Origin: an uncultured bacterium
GTDB taxonomy: Bacteria; Auribacterota; JACPWU01
NCBI GenBank assembly: GCA_964640155.1
Contig: CAZXEQ010000002.1
Span: 150,001 to 182,000, forward strand
Reading direction: 5' to 3'
DNA length: 32,000 nt
The position numbers and the translations under genes are program-made. The notes beneath the pieces were generated by a model. The model was not told where the DNA came from. It worked only from the letters and a program-made list of their open reading frames with translations, and did not search any database. Shown one piece after another: positions 1 through 10,641 of the stretch (position 1 is the stretch's first letter; each line of letters starts with the position of its first letter).

Positions 1-23
1 CATTCTCTTAAAGTGATTGATCA

Positions 24-1097
24 ATGCCTATCTCATCTCAAAAACTAGATCAAAAAATTCTTTCTCTCATCCAAAAAGGAATGAATCAACCTTGTAGTGA
101 TCGAGTTTTTAATAAAATTGCTTTAGAAATTTTTGAATATCAATTCATCAATAATATCCCTTATCAACAATACTGCAAATCTATTGGACAATTTCCCCAA
201 AAAGTCTTTCATTGGAAAGAAATTCCTGCCATTCCAGTTTCCGCTTTTAAAGAAGCCTCTCTTACGTGCTTCCCTATCAAAAAATCTAAAAAAGTTTTTT
301 ACACCAGTGGGACAACTCAACAGAAAAAAGGACGTCATTATCTTGAAAATTTAAATCTTTATGAAGCATCGCTTTTAACGAATTTCAAACACACATTCTC
401 TATTGAGAATAGCCGTTATCCCATTTTAATTTTAACTCCATCTCCCACTGAAATGCCTCACTCATCCTTAGTCCATATGATGCAGGTTCTCAAAAAAGAA
501 ATAGGAACAAAAGAAAGTCATTATTTCATCCAAAAGGGGAAATTCCTGATTAATGACTTAAAAAAAACTCTTGAACAGTTATGCAAAAAAAATGAACCTC
601 TTCTCATTCTTGGAACAGCTTTCTCATTCGTTCATTTTTTAGATCACACTTCCAAAAAAAAATGGAAGATTACTCTCCCTTTAGATTCGAGAATCATGGA
701 AACAGGAGGTTATAAAGGCAAATCTCGCGAACTTCCCAAACAAGAACTATATAAAATGTTAGAAATAACTTTAGGGATTTCCCAAGCCCATATTATCAAT
801 GAATATGGTATGACCGAAATGGGATCTCAATTTTATGATCATCCCTCAAAAAAATTTAAAATCATTCCTCCTTGGGTGAAAACACGTATTTTGAATCCTT
901 TTACGCTTAAAGAAGTAAAAAAAGGTGGAACGGGGTTACTTCAACACTTTGATTTAACCAATCGTTCCAGTGTCATGGCGCTTCTTACTGAAGATCTTGG
1001 AATCAAATTTAAAAATGGTTTTGAGCTTTTAGGTCGTGTCCCCCAAGCGGAACCACGTGGTTGTTCGATTGGGATGGATGATTGGATAAAGAATTAA
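24..1097 (+). CDS. LuxE-like acyl-protein synthetase (adenylate-forming enzyme)
   Basis: 357-aa ORF. By-eye resemblance to the LuxE/acyl-protein synthetase family (FYTSGTT, ETGGYKGKS, NEYGMTE motifs). A LuxC-like partner lies at 4551. No clear SD. Confidence 0.65.
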   Translation: MPISSQKLDQKILSLIQKGMNQPCSDRVFNKIALEIFEYQFINNIPYQQYCKSIGQFPQKVFHWKEIPAIPVSAFKEASLTCFPIKKSKKVFYTSGTTQQKKGRHYLENLNLYEASLLTNFKHTFSIENSRYPILILTPSPTEMPHSSLVHMMQVLKKEIGTKESHYFIQKGKFLINDLKKTLEQLCKKNEPLLILGTAFSFVHFLDHTSKKKWKITLPLDSRIMETGGYKGKSRELPKQELYKMLEITLGISQAHIINEYGMTEMGSQFYDHPSKKFKIIPPWVKTRILNPFTLKEVKKGGTGLLQHFDLTNRSSVMALLTEDLGIKFKNGFELLGRVPQAEPRGCSIGMDDWIKN

Positions 1098-1098
1098 T

Positions 1099-4000
1099 TT
1101 AAGCAGTTATTTCGACGAACTGTGTTCTGAGTTTAATAGTTCTCTTCTCTTTTGTAAACCCATCAGGTCTATCTAAAAATTGACGATAAAATTTTTCATG
1201 TCGCCCGACCATATGACTCAAAGAAAATTTCTTCCGAATAAATCTTCTCCCTGCTCTTCCCATTTCAGTCCTTTTGACTGAATTTTCAAGCAACAATGCA
1301 ACTTTATTTACAAATTCATCTATATCCCCTGGATTCACAAGATACCCTGTCTTTCCATTTTCTATAGCTTCAGGAACACCTCCTTTGTTATAGGCTACTA
1401 CAGGTTTTTGCATCGCCTGAGCTTCCAAAAGTACGCGTGGTAACCCTTCATCTTCTTGAGTAGGGCATACAACCACTGTGCTTCTTGCATAATAATTTCT
1501 CATTTCCTCCCGAGAAAGATGCCCCGTTAAAATAACATCGTCTTCTAAGCCATAAGACCTTGCCAAAATCTTTATTTTTTCATCCATACCTGGAGAGAAA
1601 ACCCCTCCAGCAAATATAAGTTTGAATCTGAATCCTTCTTCTTTCAGTCGCTGAGCAACTTTCAAAAACTCCAGTTGTCCCTTTTCAGAATAAATTCGTG
1701 CGGGTAAAAAAATCACAGGAAGATTTTCCGGAATAGAAATCCTTTCCGGATGAGCATCAAGAGGATTCCAAAAATCCATATCTACTCCGTTTGAAAGATT
1801 CACAAAACGAGAACGAATATGCAGAGGAACATTTACTGAAGAAACGCCTGTAACACTATCTACTGAATCAAGCATCTTTCGTGGATAATGTCGCTCTATA
1901 GAAGAATTGCCCCCATGATGCTGAGCTAAACAGGGAATTCCTTGTGCTTTCACCCTTTGAACAAGTTCTACTCCATTCACAGCCCCTAAAGAATGAATCA
2001 TGACTAAATCAACAGAATATTTTCTAATAATCTCCAGAAGACTTTCTATTTCTGCCCCTGTCCCATAGAATCTTCTAAAGGCTGGTAGATTAGACAAAAC
2101 TGGAGAGAATGGCGTCGTCAGAAGCCAAGTACGCAGAGAACCCTTGATCCCTGATCGATTTAACCATTTAACAGCTTCACCATATAATCTATTTTCTGCC
2201 TTACTCCAAGATCGTAAATTAGAAAAATCCTTTCTCAAAATGGGGACTAAAATAAGTTCTCCCTTTCCCACTTTTATTCTTTTTTCTTTTTCATTAGGAT
2301 TTGTTGTCAAATACATTTGAACAATGGTCATACGATTTCGTTCAAGAAGCCCTCGATTCAAAGCATCCAAATGAGTTTGAGAACCACCAACAGGATCTAT
2401 TGTGTCTTGAAAAATACGGAAAATAGTTTTCCCATCTAAAGGACCTGATTGATTTGAAGAAGCTGCGAGTTTCTTTTCAGCAAAATCAGATAAAGGATCA
2501 TTCAGAGTTTTTAAAATACGCACTACTATTTTCCCAAGTTCGGGATCTTTACGAATCAATTGCACAATATCTTTTTTGGAAAGAAGAGCTCCTGAGGACT
2601 TTGCTTTAGCAGAATCTAAATCTTTAAGAGCTTCTTCAACTACTTTCTTTAAAAAATCACTCGCACTTGCTTCATGATCCTTCTGCCATCTTGTTAGCCA
2701 TGTCTTCACAAACTCTTTCCCATACTTTGAAACCCCAGAACGAGACAGGATTTGAGCAAATCTTTTAAGATCTCTCTCCTGAACTTCAGGTCGGATTTCT
2801 CGCGCAAGTTCATCGAAAAGATAGGAAAGAGCTAAATGATTGTCATGCGGGGGGCGTTGTGTATCGTCCATGTTCGCATGGCGCAAGCCGTTTAACGCGT
2901 AACGGTTTTTTGATCCTTCCATCATTAATTGTTGATAAATTTTCCCATCTAATCCTGTAGAAGTCTTAGGAGTTAAAATAGCATAGCCTAAGTCTTTTTC
3001 TTTCAGTCGTTTTATGATAGATGAGGTATGAAAACCGCCTGTGATTAGAACCGTTGTTGTTCGTGATGCGTCCTGCGTATTGCGTCCGTCTATTCCATAG
3101 CGCCTATTCACCATTTCCATAGCTTTTGAGAACATAACTTCATCTCTTTTAGAAGCAATTTCATAAAAATGCTGTGCTGAAGAAAAAAGCGATTTTATTT
3201 TGTCATCCCCGAAAGCATTCATCGGGGATCCATTTATATTTATATCTTTATCAAACCTATCCCACTCCTCTCTTGATGCTTCCAGACAAAGGATTTTTCC
3301 TAAAAGAACTTCTCGCTGTCTCCTCTCTAAAAGATTTTTAGCTTCAGTAGTATTTGCTAGAAATGCTTTCAGAGAATCCACCCACTGTTCCAATTCATGA
3401 ATCATAGCTTCATGGTCAAGAGATGATTCTTGTTCAAGGAGATCAACATACTTTGTTAACTCAGAAGCTCTCTCTTTTAAAACCCCTGCTTTCTCCAACA
3501 AAAAGTGAAAATATTCCAAGCTAGGGATTTTCTCAAAGCGATATTCCAAACTTTTTCTCACAAGAAGGCCTAAATCATTTTTAGATAAACGATGAATTAA
3601 ATCTCCCAAAAGTGCCTGTGCTTCTTTTTTCACTTTTTCCATCGATAAAGATTTTTGAAGGTTTAAAATATGAATATAAGAATTAAGATTTTGTTTTTTC
3701 TGAAGACCGGCGACCCGCAACTGGCGACTGAATTTGAAAAGATATTGAATATATTCATTAAATTTTATTTTCCCATCTTTATAAGACTTCTCCTTTTCAA
3801 AAATTCCTAAAAGTTCTTTCAAAAATATTTTTTGTGCAAACACGAAAAAATCTCCATCGATTTTATTCAAAAATGAATCGATAAGACTTTTTTGATTCAT
3901 GACCTCTTGAAAAGCCTTTAAATTTTTCTGATATAATTTTTCATCTTCCAGCCCTACAATGCGAACAGGAATTTTTGAATATTGTGTGATGGCAAAAAAT

Positions 4001-4434
4001 TCTGCTGCACTCAATCTCCCTTCTTTCAAAAAAGTGAGCGCTACCTCTTCTTTTAATTTTTCATCAGGGAATGAACCAAAAAGGCTGGTATCTATTTCTC
4101 CCTTAGCTCCTTCCACAAGAATCAAAAGCTTTTGAGCGGGAGAGAGTGAATTGTGAATAGTAGAAGTCACAACCTCTAAAATCTTCGATACATTCATTTG
4201 TGCTTCAGAGTTACAATGAAGATCTTGAATATGAATAACAAAAGGACTATTTTGATGATTGCTTTTGGAGAACTCTCCCACATGAGCAAATGGAGATACT
4301 CCTGAATTTAAAAAAGCTTCATTTATTACCGGGATAGCATTTGAAGCAGGAGCAGAAAAAGAGGGCGTTAGCTCTCCAGAATGAAAGATTAAAGAAACAG
4401 CTAGGATTAAAGAAAAACCTTTTCGAAAAGCCAT
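1099..4434 (-). CDS. Large exported/membrane-anchored protein with C-terminal GT4-type glycosyltransferase domain
   Basis: Long ORF (track 1099..4470 uses a TTG). An in-frame ATG at 4434 gives MAFRKGFSLILAVSLIF, a signal/anchor-like N-terminus. The C-terminal ~380 aa carry GT1/GT4 hallmarks (EGLPRVLLEAQAMQKPVVAYNKGGVPEAIENGKTGYLV). The N-terminal ~700 aa are unassigned. Confidence 0.8.
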   Translation of the reverse strand: MAFRKGFSLILAVSLIFHSGELTPSFSAPASNAIPVINEAFLNSGVSPFAHVGEFSKSNHQNSPFVIHIQDLHCNSEAQMNVSKILEVVTSTIHNSLSPAQKLLILVEGAKGEIDTSLFGSFPDEKLKEEVALTFLKEGRLSAAEFFAITQYSKIPVRIVGLEDEKLYQKNLKAFQEVMNQKSLIDSFLNKIDGDFFVFAQKIFLKELLGIFEKEKSYKDGKIKFNEYIQYLFKFSRQLRVAGLQKKQNLNSYIHILNLQKSLSMEKVKKEAQALLGDLIHRLSKNDLGLLVRKSLEYRFEKIPSLEYFHFLLEKAGVLKERASELTKYVDLLEQESSLDHEAMIHELEQWVDSLKAFLANTTEAKNLLERRQREVLLGKILCLEASREEWDRFDKDININGSPMNAFGDDKIKSLFSSAQHFYEIASKRDEVMFSKAMEMVNRRYGIDGRNTQDASRTTTVLITGGFHTSSIIKRLKEKDLGYAILTPKTSTGLDGKIYQQLMMEGSKNRYALNGLRHANMDDTQRPPHDNHLALSYLFDELAREIRPEVQERDLKRFAQILSRSGVSKYGKEFVKTWLTRWQKDHEASASDFLKKVVEEALKDLDSAKAKSSGALLSKKDIVQLIRKDPELGKIVVRILKTLNDPLSDFAEKKLAASSNQSGPLDGKTIFRIFQDTIDPVGGSQTHLDALNRGLLERNRMTIVQMYLTTNPNEKEKRIKVGKGELILVPILRKDFSNLRSWSKAENRLYGEAVKWLNRSGIKGSLRTWLLTTPFSPVLSNLPAFRRFYGTGAEIESLLEIIRKYSVDLVMIHSLGAVNGVELVQRVKAQGIPCLAQHHGGNSSIERHYPRKMLDSVDSVTGVSSVNVPLHIRSRFVNLSNGVDMDFWNPLDAHPERISIPENLPVIFLPARIYSEKGQLEFLKVAQRLKEEGFRFKLIFAGGVFSPGMDEKIKILARSYGLEDDVILTGHLSREEMRNYYARSTVVVCPTQEDEGLPRVLLEAQAMQKPVVAYNKGGVPEAIENGKTGYLVNPGDIDEFVNKVALLLENSVKRTEMGRAGRRFIRKKFSLSHMVGRHEKFYRQFLDRPDGFTKEKRTIKLRTQFVEITA

Positions 4435-4550
4435 GCTTTGGATATAGCTCCTTTTTGGAAAGACAAGCAATATTATAATTATAGCTCATTTTTAGCATAA
4501 TTTCAAGTTTTGATTATTTTTTATAACTTATTTATATAGAACATATTAAA

Positions 4551-5794
4551 ATGAATATTAATTTTAAAAACCTCCTAAAGCCTCCTCCTTCCTTACCTTA
4601 TCTCAAAAAAGCCCTAAAAACTCTTCAAATTCATCACAAAAAATATTTGATTCCCTTAAAAACGGAAGAAATAATTCTTTCCCTTAATAAAGTTGTCCAA
4701 CTTTGGTTAAAACCTGCATCCCCCATTCGAAAAGAAGCGGTAAAACTGCTCTCATTAACAACAGTATGCTCTAAAAAAATCATTTCTGAAGGACTTGATT
4801 TAGCTTTTCAGGAAGTAACTCGAAAGAATTTAGAAAACTCTCTTAGACAACTGAAAGAATTTCCTCGTCCAAAAGTATCTACTTTCATTTTTGCAGGAAT
4901 TATTCCTACCCCTATGCTTTTCGATATATTTCTCGCACTTCTTTTAAAATCTTCCGTTTTCATAAAATGTCCTTCACGCGCTCCTCTCTTTCCTATTCTG
5001 GTAGTACGGTCAATTCAAAAAATGAATCCAGATCTCGGTGAATGTATTGCAGCTTTTCATTGGCCTGGAGGGAAATCTGATCTTGAAACAGCTTTATTTG
5101 AAAAATCAGATCTTATTCATGCTTATGGCAATGATGAGACGATTGGGGAAATTTCAAAAAAAATTCCTTCTTCGAAAACTTTTTTGTCCTTTGGACATAA
5201 ATTAAGTTTTAGCATTATTTTAAAAGAACATATGACGAAACGATTTGTAGACTCACTCACTCAAAAAGTTGCTTACGATGTTTCTCTCTATGATCAGCAA
5301 GGTTGCATGTCTCCCCATGTGATCTATATTCAAAGAGAAGGGGACATTTCAGCTTGTGATTGGGCAAAAAAATTGGCAGATGCAATGCAGGGAATACTTA
5401 AAAAGCTTCCCGCTGGGGAAATTTCTTTGAGCGAAGCATCCCAAATTCATCAAATTCGAGGGCAAGCGGCTATTTCTTCAGATAAATTCTGTATTTCAAG
5501 TCATCCCATAACAAACTGGACAGTGATTTATGAAAAAGATCCATCATTCCATGCATCTTGTCTGAACCGTGTGATTTTTGTAAAACCTTTTTCTAATTTA
5601 AATCAGCTTCATAAAAGCTTAAAAAAAGAAAAGGGACATTTTCAAGCCCTTGGTTTTTCTGCAACTGATAGGAGGAAAAATCTGATCAGGGATTTTGCAA
5701 GAAAATTAGAAATTCCGATGCTTCAACCCCTTGGGGGAATGCAGAAACTTTCTTTTGAACAACATATTGAGGAAAGATGGAGGAAATTAAAACA

Positions 5795-5813
<19 letters not shown>
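4551..5813 (+). CDS. LuxC-like acyl-CoA reductase
   Basis: 420-aa ORF with LuxC/aldehyde-dehydrogenase-like features (YDQQGCMSPH catalytic Cys context, FGHKLSF). The last ~19 nt overlap tRNA-Phe on the other strand. Confidence 0.65.
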
Positions 5814-5867
<54 letters not shown>

Positions 5868-5890
5868 ATTTAAATAAAAAATTACTTTAA

Positions 5891-6012
5891 GTCTGATCAA
5901 AAAGTCCCAAGATGCAAGGCATACGCGAGCGACTGCGGAGACGTATGTTTCGTTATACGTCGCACAAAGAAGCGAAGCGTGTAACGAAGCAGATTGGGCT
6001 TTTTCATCAGAC
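5891..6012 (-). repeat. Long imperfect hairpin element between the ahpC stop and tRNA-Phe
   Basis: Arms GTCTGATCAAAAAGTCCCAA (5891-5910) and TTGGGCTTTTTCATCAGAC (5994-6012) pair with one mismatch and one bulge. They enclose ~80 nt of ACG/CGT-rich sequence with competing hairpins (CATACG/CGTATG; GACGTAT/ATACGTC). Confidence 0.6.
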
Positions 6013-6014
6013 GA

Positions 6015-6578
6015 TTAAATCTTACCAACTAAATTCAAACCAGGCTTAAGAGTCTTCTGTCCAGGTTCCCAACTGGCAGGACAAACTTCACCTTTATTTT
6101 CACGCACAAACTTTGCAGCCTGTAGCTTTCTTAAAAGCTCTTTAGCATTACGGCCCATGCTATTATCCTGAATCTCAATAGCTTTCAATACTCCATCTGG
6201 ATCAATAATAAACGTCCCTCTCAAAGAAAGCCCAGCTTCTTCAATATATGTTCCAAATTCACGACACAATTTCCCTGTAGGATCTGCAATCATAGGATAT
6301 TGAACCTTCTTAATTGCAGCAGAAGTATCATGCCAAGCTTTATGTGTATAAACCGTATCTGTACTCACAGAAAAAATCTCTACCCCTAATTTTTTAAACT
6401 CTTCGTAATGTTTGGCAGCATCTTCAAGTTCTGTCGGACAAATAAAAGTAAAATCTGCTGGATAAAAAATAAGCACCATCCATTTGCTCCGATAATCTGC
6501 AAAACGAACTTTTTTTATTTCCTCGTTATGATAAGCATCAACTTCAAAATCTTGAACTTTCTGATTAATCTGAATCAT
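6015..6578 (-). CDS. ahpC: Typical 2-Cys peroxiredoxin (alkyl hydroperoxide reductase C)
   Basis: FYPADFTFICPTEL peroxidatic Cys, EVCPASW resolving Cys and C-terminal LNLVGKI closely resemble AhpC. The start is moved to ATG 6578 (SD AAAGGAGG upstream) because the longer track ORF runs into tRNA-Asp. Confidence 0.92.
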   Translation of the reverse strand: MIQINQKVQDFEVDAYHNEEIKKVRFADYRSKWMVLIFYPADFTFICPTELEDAAKHYEEFKKLGVEIFSVSTDTVYTHKAWHDTSAAIKKVQYPMIADPTGKLCREFGTYIEEAGLSLRGTFIIDPDGVLKAIEIQDNSMGRNAKELLRKLQAAKFVRENKGEVCPASWEPGQKTLKPGLNLVGKI

Positions 6579-6608
6579 ATTTATTCCTCCTTTAATCTTG
6601 AGAAAATC

Positions 6609-6682
6609 CGGGAGTGACGGGGCTCGAACCCGCAACCTCTGCCGTGACAGGGCAGCGCTCTAACCAATTGAGCTACACCCCC
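6609..6682 (-). tRNA. tRNA-Asp (anticodon GTC), CCA not encoded
   Basis: Reverse complement reads GGGGGTGTAGCTCAATTGGTTAGAGCGCTGCCCTGTCACGGCAGAGGTTGCGGGTTCGAGCCCCGTCACTCCCG. It has an acceptor stem with one G:U, a CT-GTC-AC anticodon loop and a GGTTCGAGCC T arm. Confidence 0.9.
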
Positions 6683-6756
6683 AACTTACAAAATCAAAAT
6701 TTTTACTTAAAACATCATTTGATGAGGCTAAAATCTACTCACCTTCACTGAAAAAG

Positions 6757-8013
6757 TCAATGCGCAATACAAACTTCCGCCATATTTTCAATAATAGCCT
6801 GACCAAATTCAGAACATTTTAAAAGTTTTGCACCTTGCATTTGACGCTCTAAATCATACGTCACACGCTTCTGCAAAAAAGTTTTCTGAAGGGCTTGAAC
6901 AATCAATTCTGAAGCTTCAATCCAATTCAAATGTTCTAGAAGCATGACTCCCGACAAAATCAAAGAGCTGGGATTAATACGATCTTGTCCCGCATATTTA
7001 GGCGCAGTTCCATGTGTGGCTTCGAATACGGCAACATCATCTCCAATATTGGCACCCGGTCCAAGTCCCAATCCCCCAACTTGAGCCAAAAGGGCATCCG
7101 ACATGTAATCCCCATTTAAATTGGGTAAAGCCAAAACACTGTACTCCAATGGTCTTAAAAGAACTTGCTGAAACATAGCGTCTGCAATAACATCATTCAC
7201 TAAAACTTTGGTTTCAGGTGCTTTCCCTGCAAAATTCTTTTCCACCTCTTCCCATACAATGATTTCATTAGCAAATTCTTGTTTGGCTACTTCATATCCC
7301 CATTCACGAAAAGCCCCTTCTGTGAACTTCATGATGTTGCCTTTGTGAACAATCGTCATGGAATGACGTTTATGCTGAATCGCATATCGAATGGCCATAC
7401 GTACTAATCTCTTGGTCCCAAAAACACTGATAGGCTTAACTCCCAAACCAGAATCAGAACGAACTTTGCAGCCCATTTCTTCATTGAGAAAGCGAATGAC
7501 TTTTTCAACTTCTTTAGATCCTTGTTTCCATTCAATGCCTGCATACACATCTTCCGTATTCTCACGAAAAATAACCATATTCACATCTTGTGGCCTCTTG
7601 ACGGGACTTGGAACCCCTTCAAAATAACGCACAGGCCGTACACAAGCAAAAAGGTCTAATTCTTGACGAAGTGTCACATTAAGACTGCGAATGCCTCCTC
7701 CGACGGGAGTTGTTAAAGGGCCTTTAATCCCCACTCTAAAGTCTTTCAAGTCCTGCAAAGTTTCCTGAGGAAGCCATTGTCCTGTTTTCGTATGTGCTTT
7801 TTCCCCAGCCAAAACTTCTAACCATTGAATTTCCCTACTTCCCCCATAAGCCTTTTTCACTGCAGCATCAAACACAGGTTGTGCAGACGCCCAAATATCA
7901 GGACCCACACCATCTCCTTCAATATAAGGAATAATGGGCCTATCAGGAACTTTTAGAAAAGCTCCCTCTTTTGTAATTTTATTTCCTTTTTTCAAAATAT
8001 CCTGTCGTGTCAT
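6757..8013 (-). CDS. icd: NADP-dependent isocitrate dehydrogenase (prokaryotic homodimeric type)
   Basis: 418-aa ORF with strong by-eye similarity to bacterial Icd ([54 protein letters not shown]). Confidence 0.93.
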   Translation of the reverse strand: MTRQDILKKGNKITKEGAFLKVPDRPIIPYIEGDGVGPDIWASAQPVFDAAVKKAYGGSREIQWLEVLAGEKAHTKTGQWLPQETLQDLKDFRVGIKGPLTTPVGGGIRSLNVTLRQELDLFACVRPVRYFEGVPSPVKRPQDVNMVIFRENTEDVYAGIEWKQGSKEVEKVIRFLNEEMGCKVRSDSGLGVKPISVFGTKRLVRMAIRYAIQHKRHSMTIVHKGNIMKFTEGAFREWGYEVAKQEFANEIIVWEEVEKNFAGKAPETKVLVNDVIADAMFQQVLLRPLEYSVLALPNLNGDYMSDALLAQVGGLGLGPGANIGDDVAVFEATHGTAPKYAGQDRINPSSLILSGVMLLEHLNWIEASELIVQALQKTFLQKRVTYDLERQMQGAKLLKCSEFGQAIIENMAEVCIAH

Positions 8014-8037
8014 ATCAAATCCGTATTTTGTTTATTT

Positions 8038-9204
8038 TTAAAGTTTCTTCAAAAAAGCTTCTATTCGATCCAACCCCTTCTTAATATTCTCCATCGAAGT
8101 TGCATAAGAAAGACGAATATGATCATCGCTTCCAAATGGAGCCCCAGGAACCAAAGCCACATGGGCTTCTTCTAAAAGCATTTGAGAGAGTTTGGCAGAA
8201 GGGATACCCAATCTTGAAATATTTGGGAATACATAAAAAGCGCCTTCTGGTTTTCTCACACTTACTTTAGGAATGGCATTGAGCCGATCAACAATATAAT
8301 CTCGTCTTTCTTGAAAAGCTTTCACCATTGGCTTAATACAGTCATCTCCACCTCGAAGTGCGGCAACTGCAGCCTTTTGAGAAATCGATGTTGGATTGGA
8401 GGTGCTATGACTTTGTAAACGATTCATCGCACTCACCACATGTGCTGGTCCTGCTGCATAACCAATGCGCCAACCTGTCATGGAATAAGATTTGGAAACA
8501 CCATTGATAATCAATGTTTGTTCTTTATCAAAAGAAGCCAAGGTAGAATGTTTCAACCCATCATAAAGAACCTTCTCATAAATCTCATCTGAAACAACAT
8601 AAATACCATCCGAAAAAGCAATTTTTGCAATTTCCTTCAATTCATTTTCATGATAGGCAGCACCGGTTGGATTCGATGGGCTGTTCATGATAATCACTTT
8701 GGTTTTACGACTTACCACTTTCTTAAGATCATTGGGATCTATTTTAAATCCATTTTCTTCTCGTGTACGCAAATAAACAGGGGTGGCATTGGCTAATTTT
8801 ACAAGTTCAGGATACGTCACCCAATAAGGAGACGGGATGATCACTTCTTCATCTTTATCACATAAAGCTAAAATAGCATTGAATAAAGAATGTTTAGCTC
8901 CGCAAGATACAATCACATGTTCAGGACCATAATCCAGGCTTTGGTCTTTTTTTAATTTTTCGCAAATCGCTTTTTTTAACTCAGCAGTTCCCGGTGTCGG
9001 CGTATATTTGGTAAAACCTTCATCAATGGCTTTCTTGGCAGCATCTTTAATATGTTGAGGCGTATCAAAATCGGGTTCCCCTGCTGCAAAATTAACAACA
9101 TCGATTCCCTGGGCCTTGAATTCTGCGGATCTTGCATTAATCGCCAAGGTCTCAGATTCACTGATTCCCATCACACGTTTTGATAAACCTGTCAAACCTT
9201 TCAT
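8038..9204 (-). CDS. Class I PLP-dependent aminotransferase (aspartate/aromatic type)
   Basis: 388-aa ORF with GEPDFDTP, NSPSNPTG and the SKSYSMTGWRIGY PLP-lysine motif. SD GGAGTTGATCC precedes the ATG. Confidence 0.88.
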   Translation of the reverse strand: MKGLTGLSKRVMGISESETLAINARSAEFKAQGIDVVNFAAGEPDFDTPQHIKDAAKKAIDEGFTKYTPTPGTAELKKAICEKLKKDQSLDYGPEHVIVSCGAKHSLFNAILALCDKDEEVIIPSPYWVTYPELVKLANATPVYLRTREENGFKIDPNDLKKVVSRKTKVIIMNSPSNPTGAAYHENELKEIAKIAFSDGIYVVSDEIYEKVLYDGLKHSTLASFDKEQTLIINGVSKSYSMTGWRIGYAAGPAHVVSAMNRLQSHSTSNPTSISQKAAVAALRGGDDCIKPMVKAFQERRDYIVDRLNAIPKVSVRKPEGAFYVFPNISRLGIPSAKLSQMLLEEAHVALVPGAPFGSDDHIRLSYATSMENIKKGLDRIEAFLKKL

Positions 9205-9225
9205 GGATCAACTCCTTATGAAATC

Positions 9226-10443
9226 TTACTGAACCGTAGCCCCGTAAAAATTCTCAATTAATGGTCGAATATCATTATCTGCAATATTCAAAATTTTAAT
9301 TTCTCTCTCTGCATTGGCAACAGAATCAGAAGCATGAGCAGCATTGACCAAAATATTTTGGCCATATTCTCGACGTACTGTCGCAGGAGCCGCTTTATTG
9401 GGATCTGTTAGCCCCAACACTCCACGTATTTTTGAAACAGCATCTTTCCCCTGATAAACCAAAGCGAGACACTTTTGTTGGCCGGGAGCCTTTCTAATGG
9501 CAGGATCCTTCACTTCTGAAGGATTATACCCCGTCATAAATTGAACAATTTTATTAAATTCATTTTGAGCATATACAGGGGATAACTCTGCACCTGCTTT
9601 TTCAATAAAAGAATCTGGGACCACAAAATCAAATCTTGCCGATAAAGCTGCACTGACTTGTTCTTTTACGCGAGGTGTCATTTTTTCCTGAAGAACTTTT
9701 TGCACAGGGCCATAAAACTCTAATGCCTGATCAATGCTCATCTGTACCAAACGTGCCCCAATGATATAAAGTCCTGTTTTGGAAAACATATCAATGATAT
9801 TGCCCACACGACTGGTAGGTCTTTGAAAATTTTCTGGTTTAATCAAAACTAAAACTTTCTCAGGTTGCACACCTTCTCCATGCTTCACAACTTTTTCTAA
9901 AATTCCCCCATCTTCATCTGAATACTTCGCCCAAAGTGCTAAGCTTTTCTGGGAAACCTTCCCATTGGGGATGACCAAAACAGCGGGTTCAAAATAGCGA
10001 ACCATTCCTTTTTTATCTAAAACGCAATCCCCATATGTATCTCGAATGGTTTCGCCACTGATGGTCATCGATGTAATATGCCCGACCACTTCATCTCTGA
10101 TTTTTTGAACTGCATTTTCCCCTTGAAAAAGAAGCATGAGAACACGCCGTCTCTGACCTGTTTCACTATCAGGTGAAAAATTTTCTAAAACATAATTAGC
10201 AATAAGATCTCTGATTAAAGCTTTACCTTCTTTATTATCAGCTCGAATATCTAAATCATCCTGAGTATCTTGCTTTCGAATCTCATCTACAAAATCACGC
10301 ACCAAGGCTTGACTTGGAGAAAATAGGCGAACTCCGACCAATTCCTGATCTGTACGACCTAATAATCTTGCAACTACTCCGCCTGTTCTAGATTTAAGAA
10401 TGGTATAGGGGGTAATTAAAACATATGCGAGTTCTTTTGCCAT
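9226..10443 (-). CDS. Tandem nucleoside-diphosphate-kinase-like protein (degenerate N-terminal repeat plus catalytic C-terminal NDK domain)
   Basis: The C-terminal half has VLIKPENF...NAAHASDSVANAEREI, including the NDK active-site His context. The N-terminal half (YVLITPYTILKSRTGGVVARLL) is NDK-like but lacks that His motif. The start at ATG 10443 has SD AAGGAGTG 6 nt upstream. Confidence 0.75.
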   Translation of the reverse strand: MAKELAYVLITPYTILKSRTGGVVARLLGRTDQELVGVRLFSPSQALVRDFVDEIRKQDTQDDLDIRADNKEGKALIRDLIANYVLENFSPDSETGQRRRVLMLLFQGENAVQKIRDEVVGHITSMTISGETIRDTYGDCVLDKKGMVRYFEPAVLVIPNGKVSQKSLALWAKYSDEDGGILEKVVKHGEGVQPEKVLVLIKPENFQRPTSRVGNIIDMFSKTGLYIIGARLVQMSIDQALEFYGPVQKVLQEKMTPRVKEQVSAALSARFDFVVPDSFIEKAGAELSPVYAQNEFNKIVQFMTGYNPSEVKDPAIRKAPGQQKCLALVYQGKDAVSKIRGVLGLTDPNKAAPATVRREYGQNILVNAAHASDSVANAEREIKILNIADNDIRPLIENFYGATVQ

Positions 10444-10570
10444 GATTTCACTCCTTCGATTTTGAAACATTATTTCTTAATGCTCATTAATACTAAATTG
10501 AAGTTTATCGGGGGTGGATTGTAGCAAATAGGAAAAGAATACTCAACGGGTATTCAAACCGATTTTTTAG

Positions 10571-10630
10571 AAAAAAATAGGGCTAAGGAAAAGGGAAATT
10601 TTTCTGCTGAACCCCTTAACGCTTAGCCCT
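10571..10630 (-). terminator. Intrinsic terminator downstream of the zinc-ribbon mini-gene
   Basis: AGGGCTAAG (10579-10587) pairs with CTTAGCCCT (10622-10630), with an inner AAGGG/CCCTT pairing. On the minus strand the stem is followed by a U7 run (A-run 10571-10577 on plus). Confidence 0.6.
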
Positions 10631-10641
10631 TACGTCTTAAA

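Noticed and set aside
6579-6635. N-terminal extensions of track ORFs: 6015..6635, 9226..10470, 10956..12164, 15846..16106, 20644..23712, 24213..24503, 26296..27201.
   Set aside because: The extensions overlap a tRNA, a neighbouring gene or a terminator. Internal start codons have good SD sequences and give canonical N-termini or signal peptides.
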